A program made the translations under genes and the position numbers. Under the pieces are notes generated by a model. The model did not search any database, had not been told where the DNA came from, and was given only the letters and a program-made list of their open reading frames with translations. Positions 38,862 through 48,463 of a stretch of 64,000 nucleotides of DNA are shown here, piece by piece. The stretch spans positions 3,674 to 67,673 of the forward strand of contig JAPLFL010000101.1 in the NCBI GenBank assembly GCA_026390695.1, read 5' to 3'. This stretch comes from Candidatus Kapaibacterium sp. GTDB lineage: Bacteria; Bacteroidota; Ignavibacteria; Kapaibacteriales; UBA2268. Within the stretch, counting starts at the first letter, position 1; each line of letters begins with the position of its first letter.

Positions 38862-40364
38862 ATGAAATATATTATATCTGTGGCTCTGATTGCCGCTTTC
38901 CTTAATTTTTCTTTTGCAAAGGATGCTTTGGACATGAAACAGATTACATATCGCCCGGCTCGTGCAGCAGGCACTTTTTACCCGGAAAATCCCGATAGTT
39001 TACGTTCAATGCTTAAAACACTGGAAGATAATTCTAAGCCAGCCAGACTTAATTATAATATTCAAGCATTGATAGTACCTCATGCTGGTTATATTTATTC
39101 TGGAACAGTTGCTGCCAGAGCATATAAAGAATTATACGGCAGAAATTATGATGCAGTAATTATTGTCGGTCCCAGCCATTTCGCTTCATTTAGTGGATCA
39201 TCAGTCTTCAACGGCGATGCTTATATCACACCCTTAGGAAATGCAATGGTTGATACTGCACTTGCGAATGATATTTCAAGCAACAAAGGTATTCAATTGT
39301 CATTGATAGGCCACAACTGGCGCGATTCAAGTGCGGAACATTCTGTTGAAGTTCAGATACCATTTATTCAAACTTATCTGCCAAATGTAAAAATTATTCC
39401 GATAGTAATGGGAACACAGGACAGTAAAGCGATTTCCGATTTAACAAAAGCAATTGTTACATCCGTTAAAAACTCAAAAAAGAATATTCTCTTAGTTGCA
39501 TCAAGTGACCTGTCCCACTATAAAAGTCGCACTGGAGCACGTCAAATAGATATTCCACTTGCTGAAACAATTTCGAGATATGATTATTTCAAATTTATGT
39601 TAAACTGCTTTTCTGACAGATATCAGGCATGTGGCTATGGTCCGATTTCTGTCGTTATGATGGCAGCAGAACAGCTTGGTGCTAATTATAACAGAGTTCT
39701 CAATTATGCAACTTCAGCGGATTCACCTCTTATCAAAACACCAAATGACCGTGTTGTAGGTTATGTCTCCTCTGCTTTGATCAACGCGACGGGTGCAGAT
39801 TCTACAAAAACTTTTCCAGCACTTCCCACAATATCCCAAGAAAATCGTGATAGATTATTTGAGGTGGCAAAAAAAGCTATTTTCTCAAGTGCAAAAAACG
39901 ATTCAAGCCAGCAATCACCGATGATTCCACGTGAACTGGCATTAGATTATGCCTCATTCGTCACTATCAAAAAGAATGGGCAATTACGTGGCTGTATGGG
40001 GCACATCTTTTCTACTCAAAGCATAGTTCAGGAAATAGAAGAAACTGCCCGTATGGCTGCAAAAAGTGATCCCAGATTCCCTGCACTGAAAGCCTCGGAA
40101 TTAGATTCTATAAAAATTGAAATCAGTATTCTTTCACGTTTCAAAAGAGTGATGGATTATCATGAAATCGAACCGGGCAAAGATGGAGTTTATATTATGT
40201 CCGACGGCCGTAGTGGACTGTTTTTACCACAAGTAGCAACTGAGCAGGGTTGGAATAGAAAAGCACTGTTGGAAAATCTCGGTCTTAAAGCAGGATTATC
40301 GACCGATTCGTATTTAGCTCCTAATGCCGAATTATATATATTCAGAACATTGGTACTGGAGTGA
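38862..40364 (+). CDS. Fusion of Memo-like (AmmeMemoRadiSam system protein B) and AMMECR1 (protein A) domains, with an N-terminal Sec-type signal peptide.
   Basis: Memo motifs VPHAGYIYSG, GPSHF, HSVEVQIPF, SSDLSHY, ACGYGP; AMMECR1 motif LRGCMGH plus the surrounding core; N-terminus MKYIISVALIAAFLNFSFA. Confidence 0.75.
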   Translation: MKYIISVALIAAFLNFSFAKDALDMKQITYRPARAAGTFYPENPDSLRSMLKTLEDNSKPARLNYNIQALIVPHAGYIYSGTVAARAYKELYGRNYDAVIIVGPSHFASFSGSSVFNGDAYITPLGNAMVDTALANDISSNKGIQLSLIGHNWRDSSAEHSVEVQIPFIQTYLPNVKIIPIVMGTQDSKAISDLTKAIVTSVKNSKKNILLVASSDLSHYKSRTGARQIDIPLAETISRYDYFKFMLNCFSDRYQACGYGPISVVMMAAEQLGANYNRVLNYATSADSPLIKTPNDRVVGYVSSALINATGADSTKTFPALPTISQENRDRLFEVAKKAIFSSAKNDSSQQSPMIPRELALDYASFVTIKKNGQLRGCMGHIFSTQSIVQEIEETARMAAKSDPRFPALKASELDSIKIEISILSRFKRVMDYHEIEPGKDGVYIMSDGRSGLFLPQVATEQGWNRKALLENLGLKAGLSTDSYLAPNAELYIFRTLVLE

Positions 40365-40454
40365 AAATATATTTTTGAAGTCTATTAATTTATTTACAAT
40401 ACATATAAATTATCATCGTCATCATCTCCGCAATTGACATATTTATTAATGTTG

Positions 40455-40620
40455 CCGAAATTCATGCAAAAACATGAATGCGGGGGAACCACTACCGGGG
40501 CGAATTCTCATAGTTCAGAGAAAGGATACTTCCAAATCCGAGCCCGTCAGCTAACCTCGTAGGCTAATGGAAGAGCATTGGACAGACAATTACCACTGCC
40601 CTTGCTGCTGTGGTTTTTTT
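40455..40620 (+). ncRNA. Candidate ydaO-yuaA (c-di-AMP) riboswitch with an intrinsic terminator, in the 5' leader of the KimA-like gene.
   Basis: Ordered conserved-looking blocks GGGGGAACC, GGGGCGAAUUC and CCCGUCAGCUAACCUCGUAGGC, with nested pairings CUUCCA/UGGAAG and AGCC/GGCU. The terminator is AACCAC-loop-GUGGUU plus U7 at 40592-40620, and AACCAC also occurs at 40486, allowing anti-terminator competition. Family assignment is from memory of the ydaO consensus. Confidence 0.5.
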
Positions 40621-40659
40621 ATGCCTCAAATGCCCTTCTCCTTAAATTAAGGAGGATTT

Positions 40660-42642
40660 ATGAGTTTCTACAATTCAAATGGTGATGTATCATTCATCAA
40701 GAAATTTAAACAAGTTTTATTCGGATCTCCAAGAAATGTTAATGATTCGGGGTTATTCCACAAAATAGCACTGATCCCGCTTTTAGCTTGGGTCGGTCTT
40801 GGATCCGATGGTTTATCATCTTCAGCTTATGGCCCTGAAGAAATATTCAGGAGTATTCAAGGTCATACTTATTTAGCGTTATTTCTCATTTTAGCTGTTG
40901 CCTTTACAATTTTCATCATTTCTTATGCCTATACCAGGATAATTGAGCATTTCCCTCATGGTGGTGGTGGTTATATTGTTGCCACGCACATGTTGGGAGA
41001 AAAAGCAGGTGTAGTCTCTGGCTCGGCTCTTATTGTGGATTATATTTTAACGATTACTGTTTCGATAACATCTTGCGTGGATGCCCTATTTAGTAATTTG
41101 CCAATCCATTATCAGAGTTATAAAGTGATGACTTCCACGGTTCTAATTGTTGTACTTATAGTATTAAATATCAGGGGAGTTAAAGAGTCAATCACAGTTT
41201 TAACCCCAATATTTATTGTTTTTGTATTAACACATATTTTGCTTTTGGGCTATGGAATATTCAGTCATCTTGGCGAAATACAGCCCGTAATTTCCAATGC
41301 AAATCAGAACCTGACAAAAGACCTGAGTAGTATAGGCTTTTTTGGAATATTTTTTATGGTAATCAGAGCGTATTCTCTTGGTGGTGGCACCTATACTGGC
41401 ATTGAAGCAGTATCCAATGGTTTGCAAATTATGCGTGAACCAAAAGTAAAAACCGGCAAGAGAACAATGCTTTATATGGCTTCATCTCTTGCAGTAGCTG
41501 CTGCTGGATTATTACTTTGCTATTTATTGGTAGAAGTCAAGTTAGTACCCGGAAAAACTCTTAATACAGTTTTAGCAGAAACTTTATTTGGAAATTGGAG
41601 ATATGGAAATATAATTACAATAATTACAATTTTTTCCGAAGGTGCTTTACTATTTGTTGCTGCTCAAACAGGATTTATAGATGCACCGCGCGTAATGGCC
41701 AATATGGCTGTAGATTCATGGTTACCGCACAGATTTGCAGCATTTTCAGAAAGGTTAACAATGAGAAATGGAATCGTTCTCATAGGATTATCTGCTCTTC
41801 TGATTCTTTGGTACACGAATGGTTCAATCGGCGCATTAGTTGTTATGTATTCAATTAATGTCTTTCTTACTTTTACACTTTCAGAGTTTGGAATGTCTCG
41901 ATTTTATTTCAGAAGAAGAAAAACTGATAATCAATGGAAAAAACATATTGTAATACATTTGATTGGATTAGTATTATGTGCTACGATTTTGCTCATTACC
42001 GTTTCTGAAAAATTTGCTGAAGGAGGCTGGATAACACTACTTATAACTGGTATTCTTATTATTGTAAGTTATAGAATCAAGAAACATTATTTAAGGGTAA
42101 GAGGTGCTATGGTGCAGCTGGAAGACAATATAACCGAAATATATGCAAGCAGCCAGTCTAAAGTTTCAGCAATAATAAATAGAAAAGAACAGACTGTAAT
42201 TCAGCTTGTCGGATCGTATAATGGTTTTGGCATCCACACTCTTTTATCGGTCATCAAGACTTTCCCCGAACTTTATAAAAATATAGTATTCGTCTCTGTA
42301 GCAGTAATTGATCAGGGAATGTTCAAGGGTGAAAATTCAATTGAAGGTTTGAAAGAATCAGTTATTGATTCCTTGAAAAGTTATGTGAATTTGGCCGTGA
42401 AGCTCGGCTTTAATGCTGAATATTATATGGCTGTCGGAACTGAAGTTAATGAAACTGCTGTTGAGTTAATTGATAGTATTAAAAAAGAATATCCTAATTC
42501 AACCGTATTTAGCGGGCGACTTGCCTTTCAAAAGGAAAAATTCTATCATAGATTGTTACATAACGAAACTGCTTATGCTGTTCAAAGAAAACTCCAATTC
42601 AATGGAATTACTAACGTGATTTTACCAATAAGGGTGAATTGA
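40660..42642 (+). CDS. kimA: APC-superfamily K+ importer of the KimA (YdaO) type, with a C-terminal cytoplasmic domain.
   Basis: About 12 TM helices in an APC fold plus a ~200-aa soluble tail; GGAGG RBS; sits behind a ydaO-type leader. Confidence 0.6.
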   Translation: MSFYNSNGDVSFIKKFKQVLFGSPRNVNDSGLFHKIALIPLLAWVGLGSDGLSSSAYGPEEIFRSIQGHTYLALFLILAVAFTIFIISYAYTRIIEHFPHGGGGYIVATHMLGEKAGVVSGSALIVDYILTITVSITSCVDALFSNLPIHYQSYKVMTSTVLIVVLIVLNIRGVKESITVLTPIFIVFVLTHILLLGYGIFSHLGEIQPVISNANQNLTKDLSSIGFFGIFFMVIRAYSLGGGTYTGIEAVSNGLQIMREPKVKTGKRTMLYMASSLAVAAAGLLLCYLLVEVKLVPGKTLNTVLAETLFGNWRYGNIITIITIFSEGALLFVAAQTGFIDAPRVMANMAVDSWLPHRFAAFSERLTMRNGIVLIGLSALLILWYTNGSIGALVVMYSINVFLTFTLSEFGMSRFYFRRRKTDNQWKKHIVIHLIGLVLCATILLITVSEKFAEGGWITLLITGILIIVSYRIKKHYLRVRGAMVQLEDNITEIYASSQSKVSAIINRKEQTVIQLVGSYNGFGIHTLLSVIKTFPELYKNIVFVSVAVIDQGMFKGENSIEGLKESVIDSLKSYVNLAVKLGFNAEYYMAVGTEVNETAVELIDSIKKEYPNSTVFSGRLAFQKEKFYHRLLHNETAYAVQRKLQFNGITNVILPIRVN

Positions 42643-42654
42643 AATATTTTCATA

Positions 42655-42699
42655 AAACTCACTCCCGGCGTAATACAAAAACATGCAGGGAGTGAGTTT
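42655..42699. terminator. Bidirectional hairpin between the convergent kimA-like and Fe-ADH genes.
   Basis: A 12-bp perfect stem AAACTCACTCCC / GGGAGTGAGTTT with a 21-nt loop; no strong T-run. Confidence 0.4.
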
Positions 42700-42705
42700 A
42701 AATAA

Positions 42706-43848
42706 TTAATATGCTGTTTCAAATATATTTGCTACATCAGTGAAGGATAGTGCTGCTAATGCTCCGATCGGGCCATTTGAAAAGGTATTTTTTACTAAAG
42801 ATGGAATTTCTTCTTTTTTAATTCCAAGTTCTCTCAATGTAACTGGGGCACCCCAATTCTGATATTTCTCTTTCATGGCTATTAGTGCAGTCTCTGGGCT
42901 ATCAGCATCCCAAACATTTTTTGCCCACCTGTTAAAATGATCTCGATTAAATTTTTTATTATATTCTATCCACGCTGGGAACATTACTGCTAATCCAGCT
43001 CCATGAGCAATTTCAGGATGAAATGCACTTAGAGCGTGTTCCATTCGGTGAGTGGACCAATCTCCGCCATTGAGAGCTATACCTGAGATCCCATTTAGTG
43101 CTAACGTGGCTGCCCAAGCTATGTTTGCACGGGCATTGTAATCTTTAGGATTAATTGCCAATTGATCGAGGCTACTGATCAAAGTCCTCAACATTGCTTC
43201 ATCGGTTGATAAAGTAATTTCCTGATTTGTACCCAAAAAATAAAATTCCATTATATGGCTCATAGCATCAATTGCTCCATTTACGGTTTGGTGCCATGGA
43301 AGCGACATTTGTACACTTGGATCAATTATTGAAACTTTTGGAAAGAGCAATTCACTGCCAATCGGCCATTTCTTGTTTTCTGTCTGGTTTGAAAGGACAG
43401 CAAACGAATCCATTTCTGAACATGTTCCTGAAAGAGTAAGAACAGTAAATATCGGAAGAGCATTTGCAATTGCAACTTTCCGCTCGAAGGCATCCCAAAG
43501 ATTATCAAGATAGAAACCGCAGGCTATGGATTTAGCCTCATCAATTACTGAACCGCCTCCCACTGCAAGTATCGCTTGTATTTTATTTATGCGTGTGTGT
43601 TCTATAGTCTCATTTGCATGGTCCAAAGTTGGATTAGGACGGACTCCCCATTGCTCTGTATATTGAATTTTATTGTCAATTAATGATGTGGTAACTGCAT
43701 CATAAACTCCATTATTCCGTATAGAGCCGGAGCCTGCTAATATAAGCACTTTATCAATATTATTCCGTTTGATTTCGCGACCGATCGATGGAATGGTATT
43801 TTTACCGAAAATGATTTTTGTTGGGTTATAGAAAGAGAAATTATCCAT
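42706..43848 (-). CDS. Iron-containing (group III) alcohol dehydrogenase.
   Basis: GGGSVIDEAKSIA Fe-ADH signature; histidine ligands region HxxxH. Confidence 0.85.
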   Translation of the reverse strand: MDNFSFYNPTKIIFGKNTIPSIGREIKRNNIDKVLILAGSGSIRNNGVYDAVTTSLIDNKIQYTEQWGVRPNPTLDHANETIEHTRINKIQAILAVGGGSVIDEAKSIACGFYLDNLWDAFERKVAIANALPIFTVLTLSGTCSEMDSFAVLSNQTENKKWPIGSELLFPKVSIIDPSVQMSLPWHQTVNGAIDAMSHIMEFYFLGTNQEITLSTDEAMLRTLISSLDQLAINPKDYNARANIAWAATLALNGISGIALNGGDWSTHRMEHALSAFHPEIAHGAGLAVMFPAWIEYNKKFNRDHFNRWAKNVWDADSPETALIAMKEKYQNWGAPVTLRELGIKKEEIPSLVKNTFSNGPIGALAALSFTDVANIFETAY

Positions 43849-43954
43849 GCTGTACTGATTATGATTATGTTTATTAAATAAACAGTTAAATTAAGAAATT
43901 ACACCTTAATTTTATTCTTATTTAATTAAAATGTTGTATTTTTACAATTGAAAA

Positions 43955-44443
43955 ATGGCAAATTCATCAAAAATATTAAACGATAATGATTCTCATGAAT
44001 TTCACATGAGAGTTGATTTTTATTGGCAATCTATTGCAGTTTACGCTGTGGTATTGATTGTTTATAATATTGTTCGCGGCACTTTCGATTCATATAAATT
44101 AACTCTTGTCATTAATGATCCTCTTTCAATTCTGTTATCTCTTTTTATTTTACTATCCACACTAACTCTTATTATTCAATCCTACAGGCGTATTAGAGTA
44201 ATAGTTAAAAAAGATTGTTTGATCCTAAAAAGTAGGCTTGGGGAGCGCGTTTATGATGCAGATTCTATTGTTAAGATCTCTCTTGGCCGTGAACGAAAGA
44301 TCAGATTTGGTGCTATTATTAAAGTAATCAAAATAAGACTAAAATCACGCCGGAGACTCATCCGTTTGCGTCCAAGCTCATTTCATAATGCCTCTGAGTT
44401 TATTAGTTGTGTTGCAAAACTTAAAAAAAATCTTAACAAATAA
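43955..44443 (+). CDS. Small membrane protein, possibly a bacterial PH (bPH_2/YdbS-like) domain protein.
   Basis: Two TM helices followed by a basic beta-rich tail; weak resemblance only. Confidence 0.35.
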   Translation: MANSSKILNDNDSHEFHMRVDFYWQSIAVYAVVLIVYNIVRGTFDSYKLTLVINDPLSILLSLFILLSTLTLIIQSYRRIRVIVKKDCLILKSRLGERVYDADSIVKISLGRERKIRFGAIIKVIKIRLKSRRRLIRLRPSSFHNASEFISCVAKLKKNLNK

Positions 44444-44451
44444 TAGCGGTT

Positions 44452-45156
44452 ATGGTTTTGCACAAAATACAATCCATGAACAATAAAATTACCATTGAAA
44501 TCAATAACTTAAAAAGAATCTTTACTTATTTATGGTCAGTTTGTTTCCAAAAAGAGATTAAATTTATTTTGATTATACTTTTTTTTATTTGCAATTGTAC
44601 TTTTGTTTTTTCACAGCCGTTAACAAAATCAAATATTAGTATTTTCGATAGTCTGACAGCCCCTTTTATTAAATCGTCAATCGATACTATCCTATCAGTT
44701 TGTAAAACCGAAGATACCTTAAAACTTTCATATCCTGCTTCTGATGCCGGAATGTATTTTTTTAGCAGTATATCAAAGAACATTCAACAAAAGAAGCATT
44801 TGAAACAGAGCTTCTATGGCGAATATTCGGATATTACGATTTATATTTCAAAATATAATGTAAACTATAATAATATGAAGAACTGCTTTGACTGTATCTC
44901 ACGAACAATTGATATTGATCTTTTAATAAATATTAAACACCATAATGGAGGTACTTTCTTAAAATATCAAAAATCCTTTCGTGATACAATAGATAGAATT
45001 CGGATACCAAACCTGGAGGGTCAAAATTATCAATTCTGTAAAGCGCAAGTGCCGGAGCCAGTGGATTCATTCTGGAATGAATATTTCGAACCAATCGTTT
45101 TTACGATTATTTCGGTGGTTTGCGTTAGTGCATTTTTTTTAGTGAGGTCTAAATAA
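44452..45156 (+). CDS. Hypothetical membrane-anchored protein. Its stop overlaps the ABC ATPase start.
   Basis: ORF-track; N- and C-terminal hydrophobic segments; ATGA overlap at 45156. Confidence 0.4.
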   Translation: MVLHKIQSMNNKITIEINNLKRIFTYLWSVCFQKEIKFILIILFFICNCTFVFSQPLTKSNISIFDSLTAPFIKSSIDTILSVCKTEDTLKLSYPASDAGMYFFSSISKNIQQKKHLKQSFYGEYSDITIYISKYNVNYNNMKNCFDCISRTIDIDLLINIKHHNGGTFLKYQKSFRDTIDRIRIPNLEGQNYQFCKAQVPEPVDSFWNEYFEPIVFTIISVVCVSAFFLVRSK

Positions 45157-45929
45157 TGATTGAAGTGAGAAATTTAAGTAAATCTTTTGGTTCAAATATT
45201 GTTCTTGACAATGTTGATTTAAATATCGAAAATGGTCAGACAATGTGCATTATCGGTAAGTCGGGCTGTGGTAAAAGTGTACTCTTGAAACATATAGTCG
45301 GGCTGCTGGCTGCCGATAGCGGAACCGTCAAAGTTGACGGTAAAAATATTAATCAATTAAATAAATCCGAGTTGTTCGATCTTAGAAGAGATATAGGATA
45401 CGTTTTTCAGGGGGCAGCATTATTTGATTCTTATACAGTTTTTGAAAATGTTGTAATCGGGCTGTTAGAGCATGGTGTGAAGGATAAGCAAATTTTACGT
45501 TCTGAAGCTGAAAGGTGTTTGTCCGCCGTAGGACTTCTTCCTGATAAATCTGAGGTATCTGAAGATGAATTTCTGAGAGCATGGGATATCTTATCTAATA
45601 AAAAGCCTTCTGACCTGTCCGGTGGTATGAGAAAGCGTGTGGGAGTGGCTCGTGCTCTTGTCGGTAGTCCAAAATATATATTTTATGATGAGCCTACTAC
45701 CGGACTTGATCCGGTAACAAGCGAGCAGATTGATTTTCTGATTTCCGATATTGCAAAAAAAGTTAAAGTTACTTCACTTGTAATCACTCACGATATGTTC
45801 TCTGTATTTTTGATTGCAAACAAAGTTGCTATGCTGAATAACGGTAAAGTCCAATTTTATGGGACGCCCGATCAGTTGCGCCAATCGGATGATCCGGTTG
45901 TTAAAGAATTTCTTGAAAGATATAATTAA
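45156..45929 (+). CDS. ABC transporter ATP-binding protein (MlaF/Ttg2A-like).
   Basis: Walker A GKSGCGKS, signature LSGGMRKRVGVARAL, Walker B IFYDEPTTGLD, H-loop ITHD. Confidence 0.85.
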   Translation: MIEVRNLSKSFGSNIVLDNVDLNIENGQTMCIIGKSGCGKSVLLKHIVGLLAADSGTVKVDGKNINQLNKSELFDLRRDIGYVFQGAALFDSYTVFENVVIGLLEHGVKDKQILRSEAERCLSAVGLLPDKSEVSEDEFLRAWDILSNKKPSDLSGGMRKRVGVARALVGSPKYIFYDEPTTGLDPVTSEQIDFLISDIAKKVKVTSLVITHDMFSVFLIANKVAMLNNGKVQFYGTPDQLRQSDDPVVKEFLERYN

Positions 45930-45953
45930 TGGTTAATTAATGTTGGAGGGATT

Positions 45954-46364
45954 ATGAAAATATTAAATTGCCTTTTAATTTTGTCATTTTGTTTTATTTT
46001 TACTTGTTATTCTGTAGCAAAGGAAGAAAAGCTGACTGTTGATGTTATTTATTTTCATGCTACCAGTCGCTGTCAGGCTTGCCTAACGAATGAAGATTTT
46101 ATTAAAAATACTTTGAATCAGAGTTTTAAAAATGAACTAAAGATAGAGAAATTACATCTTTCTATGTATAATTTTCAATTAGAAGAAAACGAAAAATTAG
46201 CTGAGTTTTATAAGATCGAAACTCAAACATTAATTATAAGTAAGAAAATTGACGGAAAAGTAACCCAATGGAAGGCTCTTGATAAAATCTGGGAATATAA
46301 TGGCGACTTTGATAAGTTTAGTAAATATGTCTCTGAAGAGATTAATAAATATTTATCAGATTAA
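45954..46364 (+). CDS. Secreted thioredoxin-fold-like protein with a CxxC motif (CQAC).
   Basis: Signal peptide; YFHATSRCQAC after a beta-strand, arranged like a Trx active site. Confidence 0.4.
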   Translation: MKILNCLLILSFCFIFTCYSVAKEEKLTVDVIYFHATSRCQACLTNEDFIKNTLNQSFKNELKIEKLHLSMYNFQLEENEKLAEFYKIETQTLIISKKIDGKVTQWKALDKIWEYNGDFDKFSKYVSEEINKYLSD

Positions 46365-46384
46365 AATGCAAAAGATTTATAAGA

Positions 46385-46735
46385 ATGGCAAAAACAGAAA
46401 ATAAAATAGTTTTAGAATTCCAAATTATTGAGGACTGCCCAAACGTACCACAAATGCTTTCAAATATCCATCGTGCGATTTCGGGTCTTGAAGATAAAAT
46501 TAATTTAATTGAAAGAATAATTTATACACCGGAAATTGCTGCTCAAATAGGATTTCGCGGATCACCAACATTATTAATAAACGGAGAAGATTTGGAAAAT
46601 CTACCATCTCCCAAACAAGCTTCCATTTCTTGCCGTTATTATCCGAATGGTATTCCCAGTGCAAAACAAATAAGAGAAAAGATTGAAGAGAAGATCAATG
46701 AATTTAAAATAAACCATTCCTTCACTGATAATTAA
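46385..46735 (+). CDS. Thioredoxin-fold DUF2703-like protein.
   Basis: EDCPNV ... FRGSPTLLINGEDL resembles the DUF2703 pattern (GCPN ... FLGSPT(I/V)RVNG). Confidence 0.45.
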   Translation: MAKTENKIVLEFQIIEDCPNVPQMLSNIHRAISGLEDKINLIERIIYTPEIAAQIGFRGSPTLLINGEDLENLPSPKQASISCRYYPNGIPSAKQIREKIEEKINEFKINHSFTDN

Positions 46736-46828
46736 ACATTTATCATGAACCATTATTTTCCCCTTGCTTTTTATCGAATTTTATTTTAATTTGCAAATAA
46801 GTATAAATTCATCTGAAGGATTGTTAGA

Positions 46829-48148
46829 ATGAAATATTATTTTTTAATTATTAGTTCACTTTTCTGCTTTTCACTATTTTCTTGTAATAATAGCGGTAGT
46901 CCAAGCGAAACAGGCGATATTCATATTAAAGTTATTGATAGCAAAACTCTCTCTGCTATTTTTTATGCTCAAATTACTACTTCTCCTCCTACTGATGCTG
47001 TGATGACCGATGTTAATGGAGAATATACTATTTCATGTTTGCCCGGAACTTATATCATCAAAGCTCATAAAGCAGGATATAATGATAATTCTGTTATTAT
47101 TTTAGTAAGCAGAGGCAGAACTACTGAGGCGACAATTATCCTTACAGATTTATCTGCCACAAACAATCCGCCTCAAACACCGGTTCTGAAAAGTCCTACC
47201 GATAAAGCCAAGCTTAAAACCAAAACAATTACTTTAACTTGGTCATGCAAAGACCCTGATAATGATAAGCTAAAATATGATCTTTTTGTAGGAAAAACTT
47301 CACCTTTAATCTCCCTTGAGGCAAGCGATATAACGGATACTACTTATTCTTTTACGGCGCCGCTCGATAGCACTGATTATTATTGGAAAGTAGTGGCAAA
47401 AGATCCTTATGGTGCTTCAAAAGAGAGTGAAATACGTATATTTACTGTTAGCACTACTTCAGGAGGGAATGTTGATCTTACAAAAGGATTAATTGCATTC
47501 TGGAGTTTTGACGACGGAACTGCAAAAGATCAAACTGGCAATGGCTACGACGGAACTTTGATGAATAGTCCGACAATAATCACAGGACATAATGGAAATA
47601 AAGCTTTAAAATTTAACGGTATTAATGGTAATTTAAATAGCGGTAGTTATGTTTCTTTACCTTTGCTCCCATTTTCATCGATGAAGGAATTTACTATTAA
47701 CATTTGGGCTTATGAAATTGGATATTTTTATCCTGGATCAGGTGAATTCTTCTTCTATGTTGGTGAACACTTTAATGGATGGCTTGGAATCGGAGATTTA
47801 CCTGATACTTATACTGATAATGCTTATTATTATGTGTTCTCTGTTGGATGTGTTGGTAATATGAATACAAATCCAAGTCCGATAAAATTAGCTTCTGCTA
47901 ATAAATATCAAAATTCTTGGGCTATGTTTACTCTTACATATTTTAATGGCACTATATTAGGTTATATTAATGGAAATTTGATAGGAACAAAAATTCAGGC
48001 AATAATATTAGCAGGAAATAATTGTGCGATAGGCAAACATTGGTGGAATTCTTCTTCAGCTTCTGAAATGAATGGTTATGTTGATGATTGCAGAATATAT
48101 AACAGAGCATTAACAATTGAAGAGATCAATGAATTATTGCAAAATTAA
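46829..48148 (+). CDS. Lipoprotein with a carboxypeptidase-regulatory-like domain, an FN3-like domain and a C-terminal LamG-like (Laminin_G_3) jelly-roll.
   Basis: Lipobox LFSC; LIAFWSFDDGTAKDQTGNGYDGTL ... GYVDDCRIYNRALTIEEI is the typical LamG_3 signature. Confidence 0.6.
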   Translation: MKYYFLIISSLFCFSLFSCNNSGSPSETGDIHIKVIDSKTLSAIFYAQITTSPPTDAVMTDVNGEYTISCLPGTYIIKAHKAGYNDNSVIILVSRGRTTEATIILTDLSATNNPPQTPVLKSPTDKAKLKTKTITLTWSCKDPDNDKLKYDLFVGKTSPLISLEASDITDTTYSFTAPLDSTDYYWKVVAKDPYGASKESEIRIFTVSTTSGGNVDLTKGLIAFWSFDDGTAKDQTGNGYDGTLMNSPTIITGHNGNKALKFNGINGNLNSGSYVSLPLLPFSSMKEFTINIWAYEIGYFYPGSGEFFFYVGEHFNGWLGIGDLPDTYTDNAYYYVFSVGCVGNMNTNPSPIKLASANKYQNSWAMFTLTYFNGTILGYINGNLIGTKIQAIILAGNNCAIGKHWWNSSSASEMNGYVDDCRIYNRALTIEEINELLQN

Positions 48149-48209
48149 ATTATGGTGATTTAAATATCAATTCTGAAATCTTTAAATTTTAAAATACTTT
48201 ATCATATTT

Positions 48210-48395
48210 TGAATATTGGTTTATAAAAATAGAATGCTGGATCTTAAAAATAGAACATTGGATTTTAAAATTGAGATATTGGATTTTAAAAATGAAACAT
48301 TGGATTTTAAAAATGAAACATTGGATTTTAAAAATAGAATGCTGGATTTTAAAAATGGTACATTGGATTTTAAAAATAGAATCTATAAATTTGTA
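48210..48395. repeat. Tandem direct repeat, about 8 x 21 bp (TGAAACATTGGATTTTAAAAA), ~70 bp upstream of the 48464-49072 gene.
   Basis: Read directly: seven good copies and one degenerate copy. Confidence 0.9.
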
Positions 48396-48463
48396 TTTCT
48401 AAAACGGTTTTAAAGAATTTTTAATAAATTAATTGGTTTTTTTAACTATATTGGATTAATACT

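Noticed and set aside
40455-40620. Alternative identities for the structured leader: SRP (4.5S) RNA, 6S RNA, lysine/glycine riboswitch, T-box.
   Set aside because: Alternative assignments such as SRP RNA, 6S RNA or the lysine, glycine and T-box riboswitches each lack their defining conserved core (SRP helix-8 GNRA tetraloop/AGCA pattern; 6S extended helix with central bubble; lysine AGAGGCGC/CGCCGAAG; T-box sequence). The block order fits ydaO better, and the downstream gene is the canonical target.
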